Shown one piece after another: positions 1-11,282 of a stretch of 64,000 nt of DNA. Origin of the DNA: Macrostomum lignano (taxonomy: Eukaryota). The translations under genes were made by a program, and so were the position numbers. Where the stretch lies: contig NIVC01001163.1 in assembly GCA_002269645.1 (NCBI GenBank), positions 1 to 64,000 of the forward strand, in the 5' to 3' direction. The notes below the pieces were generated by a model. The model was not told where the DNA came from, searched no databases, and worked only from the letters and a program-made list of their open reading frames with translations. The first letter of the stretch is position 1. Every line of letters begins with the position of its first letter.

Positions 1-1045
1 CATGGTGACCATAGACTATCGCTATGCCATAGCTGACCATAGACTACGCTATGCCTGTGCTGACCATAGACTATCGCTATGCCATAGCTGACCATAGAAT
101 ATCGCTATGCCATGGCTGACCATAGACTATCGCTATGCCATGCTGACCATAGACTATCGCTATGCCATGCTGACCATAACTATCGCTATGCCATAGGCTG
201 ACCATAGACTATCGCTATGCCATGGCTGACCATAGACTATCGCTATGCCATGCTGACCATAGACTATCGCTATGCCTTTGCTGACCATAGACTATCGCTA
301 TGCCATAGCTGACCATAGACTATCGCTATGCCATGGCTGACCATAAATATCGCTATGCCATGGCTGACCATAGACTATCGCTATGCCATAGCTGACCATA
401 GACTATCGCTATGCCTTTGTGCTGACCATAGACTATATCGCTATGCCTTTGTGCTGACCATAGACTATCGCTATGCCTTGGCTGACCATAGACTATCGCT
501 ATGCCATGGCTGACCATAGACTATCGCTATGCCTTTGTGCTGACCATAGACTATCGCTATGCCATGGCTGACCATAGAATCGCTATGCCATGGCTGACCA
601 TAGACATATCGCTATGCCATTTGGCTGACCATAGAATCGCTATGCCTTTGTGCTGACCATAGACTATCGCTATGCCATGGCTGACCATAGACTATCGCTA
701 TGCCATGGCTGACCATAGACTATCGCTATGCCTTTGTGCTGACCATAGACTATCGCTATGCCTTTGTGCTGACCATAGACTATCGCTATGCCATGGCTGA
801 CCATAGACTATCGCTATGCCATGGCTGACCATAGACTATCGCTATGCCATGCTGACCATAGACTATCGCTATGCCATAGCTGACCATAGACTATCGCTAT
901 GCCATGGCTGACCATAGACTATCGCTATGCATGGCTGACCATAGACTATCGCTATGCCATGGCTGACCATAGACTATCGCTATGCCATGGCTGACCATAG
1001 ACTATCGCTCTGCCATAGGCTGACTCATAGACTATCGCTATGCCA
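1..1045. repeat. 28-bp minisatellite (CATGGCTGACCATAGACTATCGCTATGC), runs off window start
   Basis: Unit read directly, about 37 copies; scattered 1-bp dropouts in the first ~650 bp. Confidence 0.95.
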
Positions 1046-1988
1046 AGTAAAGACTCAGCAGAACTTAAGCTTGTCTCAGCCATCGAATGCAAAAGTAGCT
1101 CTTCTAATCATTCTGCAGTTTGCAGTTTTCGCAACTCTTATATGATTATAAATAATTATAATATAGTCAAATAAAGAATGAAGGGATTCTCAACTCTATT
1201 GCCTTAGTATAACCAACTTGACTGGTAAAATTATCATCTTATTATCACCGCTAATCATTCTGTTGGCTACAAATAGAGTTTATGTACAGCAAATATTGTT
1301 TAAAAATGAATCGCCGCTTCTACGCCTTAGGGCTTTCCGCGGAGTGTGTGGCTCTGTGTTGTCTGGTCTTTGTGTTCCAGTTATAGAAACCTGATAAAAT
1401 ATGTATTTGTTATAATCGCTTCAGCCAGTGCAGTGTTAAATTTTACTATTTTGCGTGTCAGTTGGCCTTTAACTTGATTGATTAATTAATAAAAAAATGC
1501 GTAAATTGACTTTCATAGCACGCTTTTCAAGTGAAAAAACTTTGATAAATAATTTTTTTAACCGGATTTTTGTGAATGATAGGGTCAGACGTAGTAGTTG
1601 TCAAGCCAATTGAATTTTCAAAGCTTTACCTCGGGGGGGGGGGGTAGATTAGTAGATAGAGAATCTAGCTGATGGCTGCGGGCCAGGTGAAAGAGGAAAG
1701 GAGAGAGGAGAATAAGGAGAGACGGGGAGAGAAAAGACAAACTCCAAGGTGGCCGGATTGCTATTGAGAAGTTTCGCTGGAGCAGAGGGTCGGATAGAGA
1801 GGCTTTGTGGGCCAAAGTTCAGACCCCTGCTTTGCATGAATGATTTTTAAATTTCCTTGTAACAATATAAAACGCATGTTTTTACTACACTACTGAACCC
1901 TAGTTTGAGTAGTATTGATAGGAACGAACTGTCAGTTTTATGGAAAATCACTAAACTGAAAACAATCGCTCCAGCTAATAAGCCTAGC

Positions 1989-3927
1989 ATGACCTCCGGC
2001 GGTAACATGTACGGCGGCGACGAAGTCGCGCCATCGTTCTAGACGTCGGCTCGCACACAATTCGAGCCGGATTCGCCGGCGAAGACATGCCTAAAACTGA
2101 TCTGCCAGCCTATGTTGGCAGTTGTCCAGCTATTTCGGCTGCGGCTGTTGAATCTGCTCAGCCGGTTGACGGTGCCGACTCAGGCGCTGCTAAACAGCAG
2201 CAGCCGCCGCGGCTGTACCACGGCACCAATCAGATCAGCGTGCCCAGGCCGGGCATGGAGATCCAGGCTCTGTGCAAGGACGGCATGATCGAGGATTGGG
2301 ACCTGTTTGAGAGCACAATGGACTATCTGTACAAGCACGAGCTGCAGTGCGCCTCGGAGGAGCATCCGTTGATCGCCTCCGAGGCCAATTGGAATACGAA
2401 GGCTAAACGGGAGAAGCTGTGCGAATTGGCATTTGAAAAGTACGCGTGCCGGCGTTCTTCATCTGCAAGCAGGCCGTGCTGGCCTGTTTTGCTAATGGCA
2501 AAGCCACCGGCCTGGTGCTCGACTGCGGCGCCTCCGGCACGCACGCCGTGCCAGTCTTTGATGGATACGTTGTCTCGCACGGCATCATGCGCAGTCCCCT
2601 AGGCGGCGATTTCCTGGTCCGCCAGCTGGACAACTACCTGCGCCAGCAGCACAAGCTGGAGCCCGTGCCCGTGTATCGCGTTGCTTCGAAAACTCGAGTT
2701 GAAGAAGGCGGCTTGCCGGTCTGGGAGGCGAAGAAACTGCCTCAGGGCATTACGCAGTCTTATCATAATCTGATGGTTAAGAATCTGCTTCAGGATGTGG
2801 CCTCCACTGTGCTGCAATGCATTGACGAGCCCTACGATCAGGTGCGTATTAACCGAAGTATTGCTAATCCCTTTTTCCTATCTGTGTCTATGGTGTGAGA
2901 TTCCAATAGCCATATCAAATCTCAGGTGTGAGATCCCAATAGCCATATCAAATCTCCGGTGTGAGATTCCAATAGCCATATCAAATCTCAGGTGTGAGAT
3001 CCCAATAGCCATATCAAATCTTAGGTGTGAGATCCCAATAGCCATATCAAATCTCAGTTGTGAGACCCAATAGCCATGTGAAATCTCAGGTGTGAGATCC
3101 TAATAGCCATATGAAATCTCCGGTGTGAGATCCCAATAGCCATATCAAATCTCAGTTGTGAGACCCAATAGCTACATCAAATCACGTGTGAGATCCTAAT
3201 AGCCATATCAAATCTCAGGTGTGAGATCCCAATAACTATATCAAATCTCAGTTGTGAGACCCAATAGCTACATCAAATCACGTGTGAGATCCCAATAGCT
3301 ATATCAAATCTCAGGTGTGAGATCCCAATAGCTATATCAAATCTCAGGTGTGAGATCCCAATCGTTATATCAAATCTCAGGTGTGAGATCCCAATCGCTA
3401 AATTAAATCGCAGGTGGGATCCCATAGCCGGTCAGCAGTCTCGCATCCCCACCCGCCCGCAGGCCACAGCCGAGACCATGCCCACTGTGCCATACGAGTT
3501 CCCGCACGGCTACAACATGGACTTCGGCTATCAGAGATTCCGCCTGACGGAAGCCCTTTTCGATCCTGCGAATTTCCTTCCCGAATCTCCGGGCAGCTCC
3601 ATGCTCAGCGTGCCGCACTGCCTGCGCACCAGCGTCGAACGCTGCGACGTTGAAATCCGACAGTCGCTTTACTCCAGCATCGTGGTGGTCGGCGGCACCA
3701 GTCTGTTGAAGGGCTTCACGGACCGGCTTCAGCGCGACCTGACGGCCAGGGCCGCGGCAACCCTCCGGCTGAAGCTGCTGGCTTCCACCAGTTCGGGCGA
3801 GCGCCGCTTCGCCAGCTGGATTGGCGGCTCCATACTGGGCTCGCTTGGCACCTTCCAGCAGATGTGGTTCTCCAAGCAGGAGTACGAGGAGTCCGGCAAG
3901 TCCTTCATTGAGAAGAAATGTCCTTGA
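1989..3927 (+). CDS. ACTL6A: Actin-like protein 6 (BAF53/Arp4; SWI/SNF, INO80, NuA4 subunit), 2 exons: 1989-2841 and 3463-3927, about 439 aa
   Basis: N-terminus MTSGGNMYGGDEV(G)AIVLDVGSHTIRAGFAGEDMPK; SEANWNTKAKREKLCELAFEKY(G)VPAFF; C-terminus ERRFASWIGGSILGSLGTFQQMWFSKQEYEESG...IEKKCP, all diagnostic for Arp4/ACTL6. Donor CAG|GTGCGT at 2841/2842 and phase-0 acceptor CGCAG|GCC at 3462/3463. One G must be restored near 2028 and one near 2444. Confidence 0.93.
2890..3400. repeat. 33-bp intronic minisatellite (GTGTGAGATCCCAATAGCCATATCAAATCTCAG)
   Basis: Fills most of the ACTL6 intron; 11-aa periodicity in the ORF track. Confidence 0.93.
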
Positions 3928-4022
3928 CGATTAGTCTGTTGACGAACTTTTATTTCCTTTGCTAAAGTACATTTCATTACATGGGATCATTTTCCTACCA
4001 GAATCGCGAAGCTGAAATCTCA

Positions 4023-4235
4023 ATGCTAAAATCCCAATCATGGGATCCCAAACTACCTAAACGAGCCCAGTGCTAAGGTGCCACTCGGCAACAAAAAATC
4101 CCAATAATCCTGGGACTCTACTGCTAGTTTTAACGCTAAAATCCCAATTATAGGATCCCAAACTACTTAAACGAGCCCAGTGCTAAGGTGCCACTCAACA
4201 ACAAATAATCGCAATAATCCTGGGACTCTACTGCT
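4023..4235 (+). repeat. Direct duplication of 103 bp (4023-4125 and 4133-4235) downstream of the ACTL6 stop
   Basis: Both copies contain GGATCCCAAACTAC.TAAACGAGCCCAGTGCTAAGGTGCCACTC...AATAATCCTGGGACTCTACTGCT. Confidence 0.85.
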
Positions 4236-6151
4236 GGGGAAAATTGTCCCCAAGCTGCAATCTTACTGCAAATCGTTGTGCACGCTGTTTGCTTATTGCG
4301 TGTCAATTTTCCGTATCCAATGTCTACAGTTGTTGTGCTTGACAAGCTTTATTAGCTATTACTCATCTAATTTTAAATAACTCAATGCTTTATAGTCCTA
4401 CTGTACTACTCTTATCCGATAATTATTGCATGAAATGTTGAAATTTAACAACGGGCTTGAAATTCTTATTCATATGATGCCGTATTTTCAAAACTTTACT
4501 AATAATTAATGTTATTGTTGATTCCCGGTAACTGTTCTACTGTAATTTTTGTTAACAGTCAGTCTATGCTAAATTAAATATATAATCAATCGCATGCAGC
4601 TCTGGCCTTTAATTTACGAGTGTAAATTGTGCGTTTCTTTATAACTTGTGCGAAAGCCATAGAATAAGACGGAGAGGCAAAATGTGTTCTGTATTTCAAT
4701 CTTCCAAATGAAATCGCCGCGGTTAAAACTGCAATAATGCGCACAATTAATGTTATGAATGAACTTTTACATATATATATATATATTGACAATAATGATG
4801 CGAGTTCATTGCGCCTATAAAAAGAGTTTAAAATGTGCCTTTAACTACTCACAGGAGTTTAATTGCTGGCGTATTCGCCGCGATGATCTTGCAGTAAAAA
4901 CGAAGTGTTAGATATGAAAGCAAAATTGCATCGGGTCAGTTAAGCTATGTAATGCGCAAAATAATAATCAACCAATCGAGTGCGCAAGGAATCATAAAAG
5001 ACAAAAATAAATAACATATTGTAGAAAGCCGCAAGGCAACTGGGTAAACCCGTTACTATGCAACCACAGCTAGACAAAGTGGTGCGGAAAATTAGCGGGC
5101 AAAAGCAGCGAATATCATTAGTAGCAATAGTCTAATCGTGCACAGCTTTTGGCACCAACGTCAAGTATGCAGTTAAAAATGGCGTAGCTCTTAAAAACAC
5201 AACCGGCTTGCAACGGTTTCGACGTTTCGTTTTCAATTTCAACCGTAGATAAATAACAGGATTTTTTTGTAGAGTCGCTGTTTCTCCCAGCATACCGGCA
5301 TTTATTGCTATTGCCTAGTATATATCCACTATACTAAGCTTTTTATTAACAGCCGAAGAAATGAACATTTAGTTAAAGCCGCAACAGCCAATGTACAGTT
5401 GTGTAATAAGGGGACCGCGGGGGTCACAGGGTGTGAATGAGATAACGAACCAACGGGGGAAGGGAAGCTAAATCAATGTACATTTAGTTAGCGCCTCAGA
5501 CGCCAATGTACATAATGGGGTGGGGGTTGCTGGCCGGCGTGAGGTACAAAGATAACAGTTCATGTACATTCAGTAAGCGCTTGCGAAAGCCTATGTACAT
5601 CGGATAATAAAATTGGAATTACAACCGGCGGGCGCACAGGTTGCGAACGAAATAACGAACGTAGTGTAAAGAGAAATTTTCATCCAATGAACCTTTAGTT
5701 AGGCGCAGCAATGCACATTAGCAGCTAGCTTTGCCCCTTGGGGATAATAAGCTGGGGATAGAGATAGCGAACCCAGGAGAGAAATAAGTTATATGATCTG
5801 CGCTTTCAATTGGCGTTCACGTTTCAGGTAGATAGAGATGCACAATTACGAGTACATAAATAGAATACAATTATTAAATAATTAATGCACGTTTTGATTT
5901 CACAATGCCACCAAGATCGATTGGAAAGTGAAAGAACAACAGCGACAGCAAAGTTAGCAATGAGAGCAACAAATAGGCAATAAAACACGGAGATAGTGCA
6001 ACAGGAGTGCCTACGGGCACCTGTACAATTTAATCTGATTGGATTTGGTGGGGCAGATTAGTGCCGGACAAAATATACCGATAAAATTTTAATTGCAAAA
6101 ATGAATTACACCAAGTCAGATTATTAATATTATTACTGTCATTGAATTAAT

Positions 6152-9100
6152 TTATTGCATCTTGCGCAAGTCCAGAATGACAACCTGAAACAGGTAAAAG
6201 GAAGGCGGGATGAAATATGGATCGGTCTCAGCCACAGTCCTACTACTTAGTTTGACGGTCTCAGCTCAGTAAAAAGCATCTCAAACCCAAAGCCTCACCG
6301 TCCCGTCGGCAGCGCTGGCGCCCACCCGGTCGCCGCGGTGATTCCAGCAGACTTCAAAGATGCCGCCGGTGCCCTGATAACGGTGTACTAGGGAGCCCGT
6401 CTGCGGAGAAAATGCCGCTTTTGTTTTATATGGTTTTATCAGGGAGCTTGGAGCTCAGCTGGACTGGAAGCGACCAATACTGGGAATCAGGGACCTCGGA
6501 CCTCTCCTGGACTGGAAGCGACCAATACTGGGAATCAGGGACCTCGGAACTCTCCTGGACTGGAAGCGACCAATACTGGGAATCAGGGACCTCGGACCTC
6601 TCCTGGACTGGAAGCGATCAATACTGGGAATCAGGGACCTCGGAACTCTCCTGGACTGGAAGCGACCAATACTGGGAATCAGGGACCTCGGACCTCTCCT
6701 GGACTGGAAGCGATCAATACTGGGAATCAGGGACCTCGGACCTCTCCTGGACTGGAAGCGATCAATACTGGGAATCAGGGACCTCGGACCTCTCCTGGAC
6801 TGGAAGCGATCAATACTGGGAATCAGGGACCTCGGAACTCTCCTGGACTGGAAGCGACCAATACTGGGAATCAGGGACCTCGGACCTCTCCTGGACTGGA
6901 AGCGATCAATACTGGGAATCAGGGACCCCTAAACTCGTCTCAATAAAGCACGAACCCTGACGCTCCAGATGTGCACGCATTTGTCGAAACTGCCGGAAGC
7001 CAGGTAGCGGCCGCAGGGCGAGAATGCCACGCTGTACACCGGCTCCCGGTGGTTGCTGAACACGTAGCAGCAGCGACCGGCCTCGATGTCCCACAGTCGG
7101 ACTGTGGAGTCGAAACTGGCGCTGGGAATAATCGTGTGGATGCGATAATTGCACTACTGTGCATTCTTGAATAGTAGCGAGCAGAGAAAGAAGCGGCTAT
7201 TTTCGTCACTGGCAAGCTAAACCGCGGTTCTACATACCTAGCCAGATAGAGATTAGCATTAGGATTCGAGGTGCTGTATCCTGTTGGACTCCACTTGATT
7301 GTATAAATCTCTTTCTGGTGGGCCTTGAAGTCGTGCACCGGCTGGTTGGCCCTGCCGTCCATGGACCACAGTTTCAGGGTCATGTCGTCTGAGCAGGAGG
7401 CCAGCAGGCGGCCAACGGGGTCCCACTTGATAGCATTGACCTCGTTGGTGTGGCCGTGAAAGGTCTTGATCGGCCGGTCCTCACCGAGGCGGCACACCTG
7501 GATGGTCTGGTCGGTGGAGCAGCTGGCGAAGGTTGTGTCGCTCTGCCAGTCCACGTCAAGCGCCGGGGCTGTTGGAAGTGGCGACCGGCGTAATTAATTT
7601 CACATCTGTACCCTTGCATTCACTGACTTCTCAACCCTGAGTCTTGCATTTCCTCTGAATTATTACACCTGAGTCTCATTTCCTCTGAATTCTTACACCT
7701 GAGTCTCATTTCCTCTGAATTCTTACACCTGAGTCTCATCTCTTCTGACTTTTCACACCTGAGTCTCAACTCCTACGAAATCCCACACCTTACTCTTGCA
7801 TTCCTCTCTCCGAAGTCTCGCACCTCACCAGCACCCCTACTACACTCATCAGACATCTCATTACCAGAGTGAAAAGCGAACTGCTTCTGTGCCTGGCCAG
7901 TGCTCGCATCCCAAATAATCGTGGTCTGAAAAAATTGACACGGAACTTATCGCTTAAAAACAAAGTTTGCAGTGGAGCAAAGAGAATAGAAATGGCATCA
8001 TCGGTTAGCCTCACCTTGTCAACGCCAGCGCTCAGAATGAGAGTGCCGGACTTGTTCCACTTCAGTGCAAATATCGGGCCCTTGTGCTGGCCAAGAGTGC
8101 GGGACAGCTGACCTGTGAACAGATTGGCGGGCGACTGTTCAGCCAAATGCAGTAGAGCTGCTAATAACAAAGGGTCAAACAGGAAATGCTATCAACCCCC
8201 CCCCCCCAAGTAAGAAGGCTGCGCAGCTCACCGTCAGTGGTCCAAAGTCTGGCGTAGCCGTCGTACGATCCAGTTGCTAGGCGACTGCCATCGCACTGCG
8301 GTTTAGGAGGGCGCGAATTTCAAACAGAGAAATGTGTTGCGATTTACGTAGGTGCAGGCACTAGATGGGGATTCCATGGAGGATATTCCCATGAACCCAA
8401 GCCACTAGATGGGGATTCCATGGCAGATATCCCCATGATCCCAAGCCATTAGATGGGGATTCCATGGGAGATATTCCCATGACCCCAAGCCACTAGATGG
8501 GGATTCCATGGCAGATATCCCCATAACCCCAAGCCACTAGATGGGGATTCCATGGGAGATATTCCCATGACCCAAAGCCACTAGATGGGGATTCCATGGG
8601 AGATATCCCCATGACCCCAAGCCACTAGATGGGGATTCCATGGGAGATATTCCCATGACCAAAAGCCACTAGATGGGGATTCCATGGCAGATATCCCCAT
8701 GACCCAAAGCCACTAGATGGGGATTCCATGGGAGATATTCCCATGACCCCAAGCCACTAGATGGGGATTCCGTGGGAGATACTCCCATGACCCCAAGCCA
8801 CTAGATGGGGATTCCATGGGAGATATTCCCATGACCCAAAGCCACTAGATGGGGATTCCATGGGAGATATCCCCATGACCCCAAGCCACTAGATGGGGAT
8901 TCCATGGGAGATATCCCCATGACCCAAAGCCACTAGATGGGGATTCCATGGGAGATATTCCCATGACCCAAAGCCACTAGATGGGGATTCCATGGGAGAT
9001 ATTCCCATGACCCAAAGCCACTAGATGGGGATTCCATGGCAGAAATCCCAATGAACCCAAGCCACTAGATGGGGATTCCATGGCAGATATCCTCATGACC

Positions 9101-11282
9101 AAAGCCACTAGACGGGCATTCCATGGGAGATATTCCCATGACCCAAAGCCACTAGATGGGGATTCCATGGGAGATATCCCCATGACCCCAAGCCACTAGA
9201 TGGGGATTCCATGGCAGAAATCCCAATGACACAAAGCCGCTAGATTTAACAGAAAAATTAGAAGCCCAGACTGACATTCCAATCGAGCGAGGTCACGTCC
9301 TTGTTGCTGGGCACGTCCATGCCGCCCCGGCTGATGCAGTGCCGCAGCACCATCCGCCTGGACGAGTCGCCGGCAGCCACGGCGGCCAAATCAGTGGCGT
9401 CCCACAGCCGGGCAGTGGAGTCGCCGCTGCCAGACGCCAGCAGGTCCTGGCGGGGATTCCAGGCGCAGATGAACACCTCAGACTCGTGGCCCCGAAGCAG
9501 CGTGACGCGTTGAGCGGGGATGTCAAGAAAGTCGCCAGCAAGTTCGGCGCCGTTCTTGTCGCTATTGTGGCCGCTGTGAGCTCCGTGATGATGATTGCTG
9601 CCACCGCTGTTGCTGTTGCTATGGGCCGCTGCACCATTCGTTTGCGGCTGCTGCTGCTGCTCTGACTGGGGCTCGGACTGCGAGAACAGGGGTTGCGGCT
9701 GGTTTGTCATCACTCTGTCCCCTGTCTCACTTTGTCCCCTGTCTCACTCTGTCCCCTGTCTCACTCTGTCCCCTGTCTCACTCTGTCCCCTGTCTCACTC
9801 TGTCCCCTGTCTCACTCTGTCCTCTGTCTCACTCTGTCCCCTGTCTCACTCTGTCCCCTGTCTCACTCTGTCCCCTGTCTCACTCTGTCCCCTGTCTCAC
9901 TCTGTCCCCTGTCTCACTCTGTCTCCTGTCTCACTCTGTCTCCTGTCTCACTCTGTCCCCTGTCTCACCCTGTCTCACTGTCCCCTGTCTCACTCTGTCC
10001 CTGTCTCACCCTGTCTCACTGTCCCCTGTCTCACCCTGTCTCCTGTGTCTCTCACCCTACCCCTGTGTCTCTCACCCTACCCCTGTGTCTCTCACCCTAC
10101 CCCTGTGTCTCACCCTACCCCTGTGTCTCACCCTACCCCTGTGTCTCTCACCCTACCCCTGTGTCTCTCACCCTACCCCTGTGTCTCACCCTACCCCTGT
10201 GTCTCACCCTACCCCTGTGTCTCACCCTACCCCTGTGTCTCACCCTACCCCTGTGTCTCTCACCCTACCCCTGTGTCTCTCACCTTACCCGTGTCTTTCA
10301 CCCTACCCCTGTGTCTCTCACCCTACCCCTGTGTCTCTCACCCTACCCCTGTGTCTCTCACCCTACCCCTGTGTCTCTCACCCTACCCCTGTGTCTCTCA
10401 CCCTACCCCTGTGTCTCTCACCCTACCCCTGTGTCTCTCACCCTACCCCTGTGTCTCTCACCCTACCCCTGTGTCTCTCACCCTACCCCTGTGTCTCTCA
10501 CCCTACCCCTGTCTCTCAATCTATCCCCTGTGTCTCACTATCTCCGACTGTATTCGTCCCCACCCAGCAGAGTGAGCCTCATACCTTCAGACGCCGGCTC
10601 TTTTCAGCCTCCAGCAGCTGTTTCTTTCGCATCTCAACCACCTCTGGCATGACCGAGTCAATCAGCGACAGAGACTCCACCGCCCGTTCGCCGCCGTCTT
10701 CGCCGACGCTGATCTCAGCTTCGGTGTACTGCAGGCCCTTCTGGATGATCTGCAGCAGGGCCGCTGGAGGCACCATGGCCCCATTAATGTTGGTGCTGGA
10801 GATGTGGCTCTCCATGCCGAACATGTAGGCCGAGTGCAGGTAGCCTGGGTGGACAGAGCAGAGGCAAAGGGACTGGCTGCGTTGTCCTTGACGACATTTG
10901 GATTGGAGACCTAGTTTGAGGACACTAGGGACCTCTGGCAATCTGGCATGTATAGGAGAGGACCATAGGAACCTCTGGCATGTATAGGAGACCCAGCCTG
11001 AGGACCATAGGGACCTCTGGCATGGATAGGAGACCCAGCCTGAGGACCATAGGGACCTCTGGCATGGATAGGAGACCCAGCCTGAGGACCATAGGGACCT
11101 CTAGTATGGATAGGAGACCCAGTCTGAGGGTGATAGGAACCTCTGGTATGGACTGGAGACAGAATATGTAATTAAATGGCCTTTATTAATCCATAAATAA
11201 CAGAGAATAAGATTCTTTTCTCACCAGACTCTTGCAGATAACGATAGATGAGAAAGTTGACCTCATCACTGCTGAAGCTCAT
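6152..11282 (-). CDS. TBL1XR1: Transducin beta-like 1 (TBL1X/TBL1XR1/ebi; LisH + WD40 NCoR/SMRT subunit), 10 exons, 524 aa
   Basis: Exons 11225-11282 ([19 protein letters not shown]), 10585-10844, 9276-9677 ([15 protein letters not shown]), 8232-8295, 8015-8112 ([15 protein letters not shown]), 7865-7925, 7238-7568, 6956-7121, 6299-6400, 6152-6184 ([10 protein letters not shown]). All GT-AG with consistent phases; total 1575 nt. Confidence 0.96.
6440..6928. repeat. 48-bp minisatellite in TBL1 intron 8
   Basis: About 10 copies of GGACTGGAAGCGACCAATACTGGGAATCAGGGACCTCGGACCTCTCCT; explains the spurious ORF 6412-6960. Confidence 0.95.
7635..7790. repeat. About 30-bp short tandem array in TBL1 intron 6
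   Basis: CACCTGAGTCTCATTTCCTCTGAATTCTTA, 4-5 copies. Confidence 0.85.
8357..9240. repeat. 44-bp minisatellite with internal palindromes in TBL1 intron 3
   Basis: AAGCCACTAGATGGGGATTCCATGGGAGATATTCCCATGACCCC, about 20 copies; period 8401 to 8445. Confidence 0.95.
9712..10535. repeat. Compound 17-bp then 18/20-bp pyrimidine-rich minisatellite in TBL1 intron 2
   Basis: CTCTGTCCCCTGTCTCA units grade into CCCTACCCCTGTGTCTCTCA units near 10030-10060. Confidence 0.93.
10925..11160. repeat. 42-bp short tandem array in TBL1 intron 1
   Basis: GGAGACCCAGCCTGAGGACCATAGGGACCTCTGGCATGGATA, about 4-5 copies. Confidence 0.85.

Noticed and set aside
1060-1840. Exons of a divergent gene upstream of ACTL6
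   Set aside because: Short open patches with possible acceptors, but no recognisable homology.
3411-3414. First AG after the array as the ACTL6 acceptor
   Set aside because: Gives the wrong frame; the AG at 3461-3462 restores YDQ|ATAETMPTVPYEF.
5361-5760. H/ACA snoRNA cluster
   Set aside because: AGATAA and ACATTT motifs exist, but their spacing varies from about 12 to 40 nt, too short and inconsistent for the second hairpin.
1989-11282. Ancient ACTL6-TBL1 microsynteny (both human orthologues lie on 3q26)
   Set aside because: The human genes are megabases apart and a single pair can be chance; needs multi-species data.
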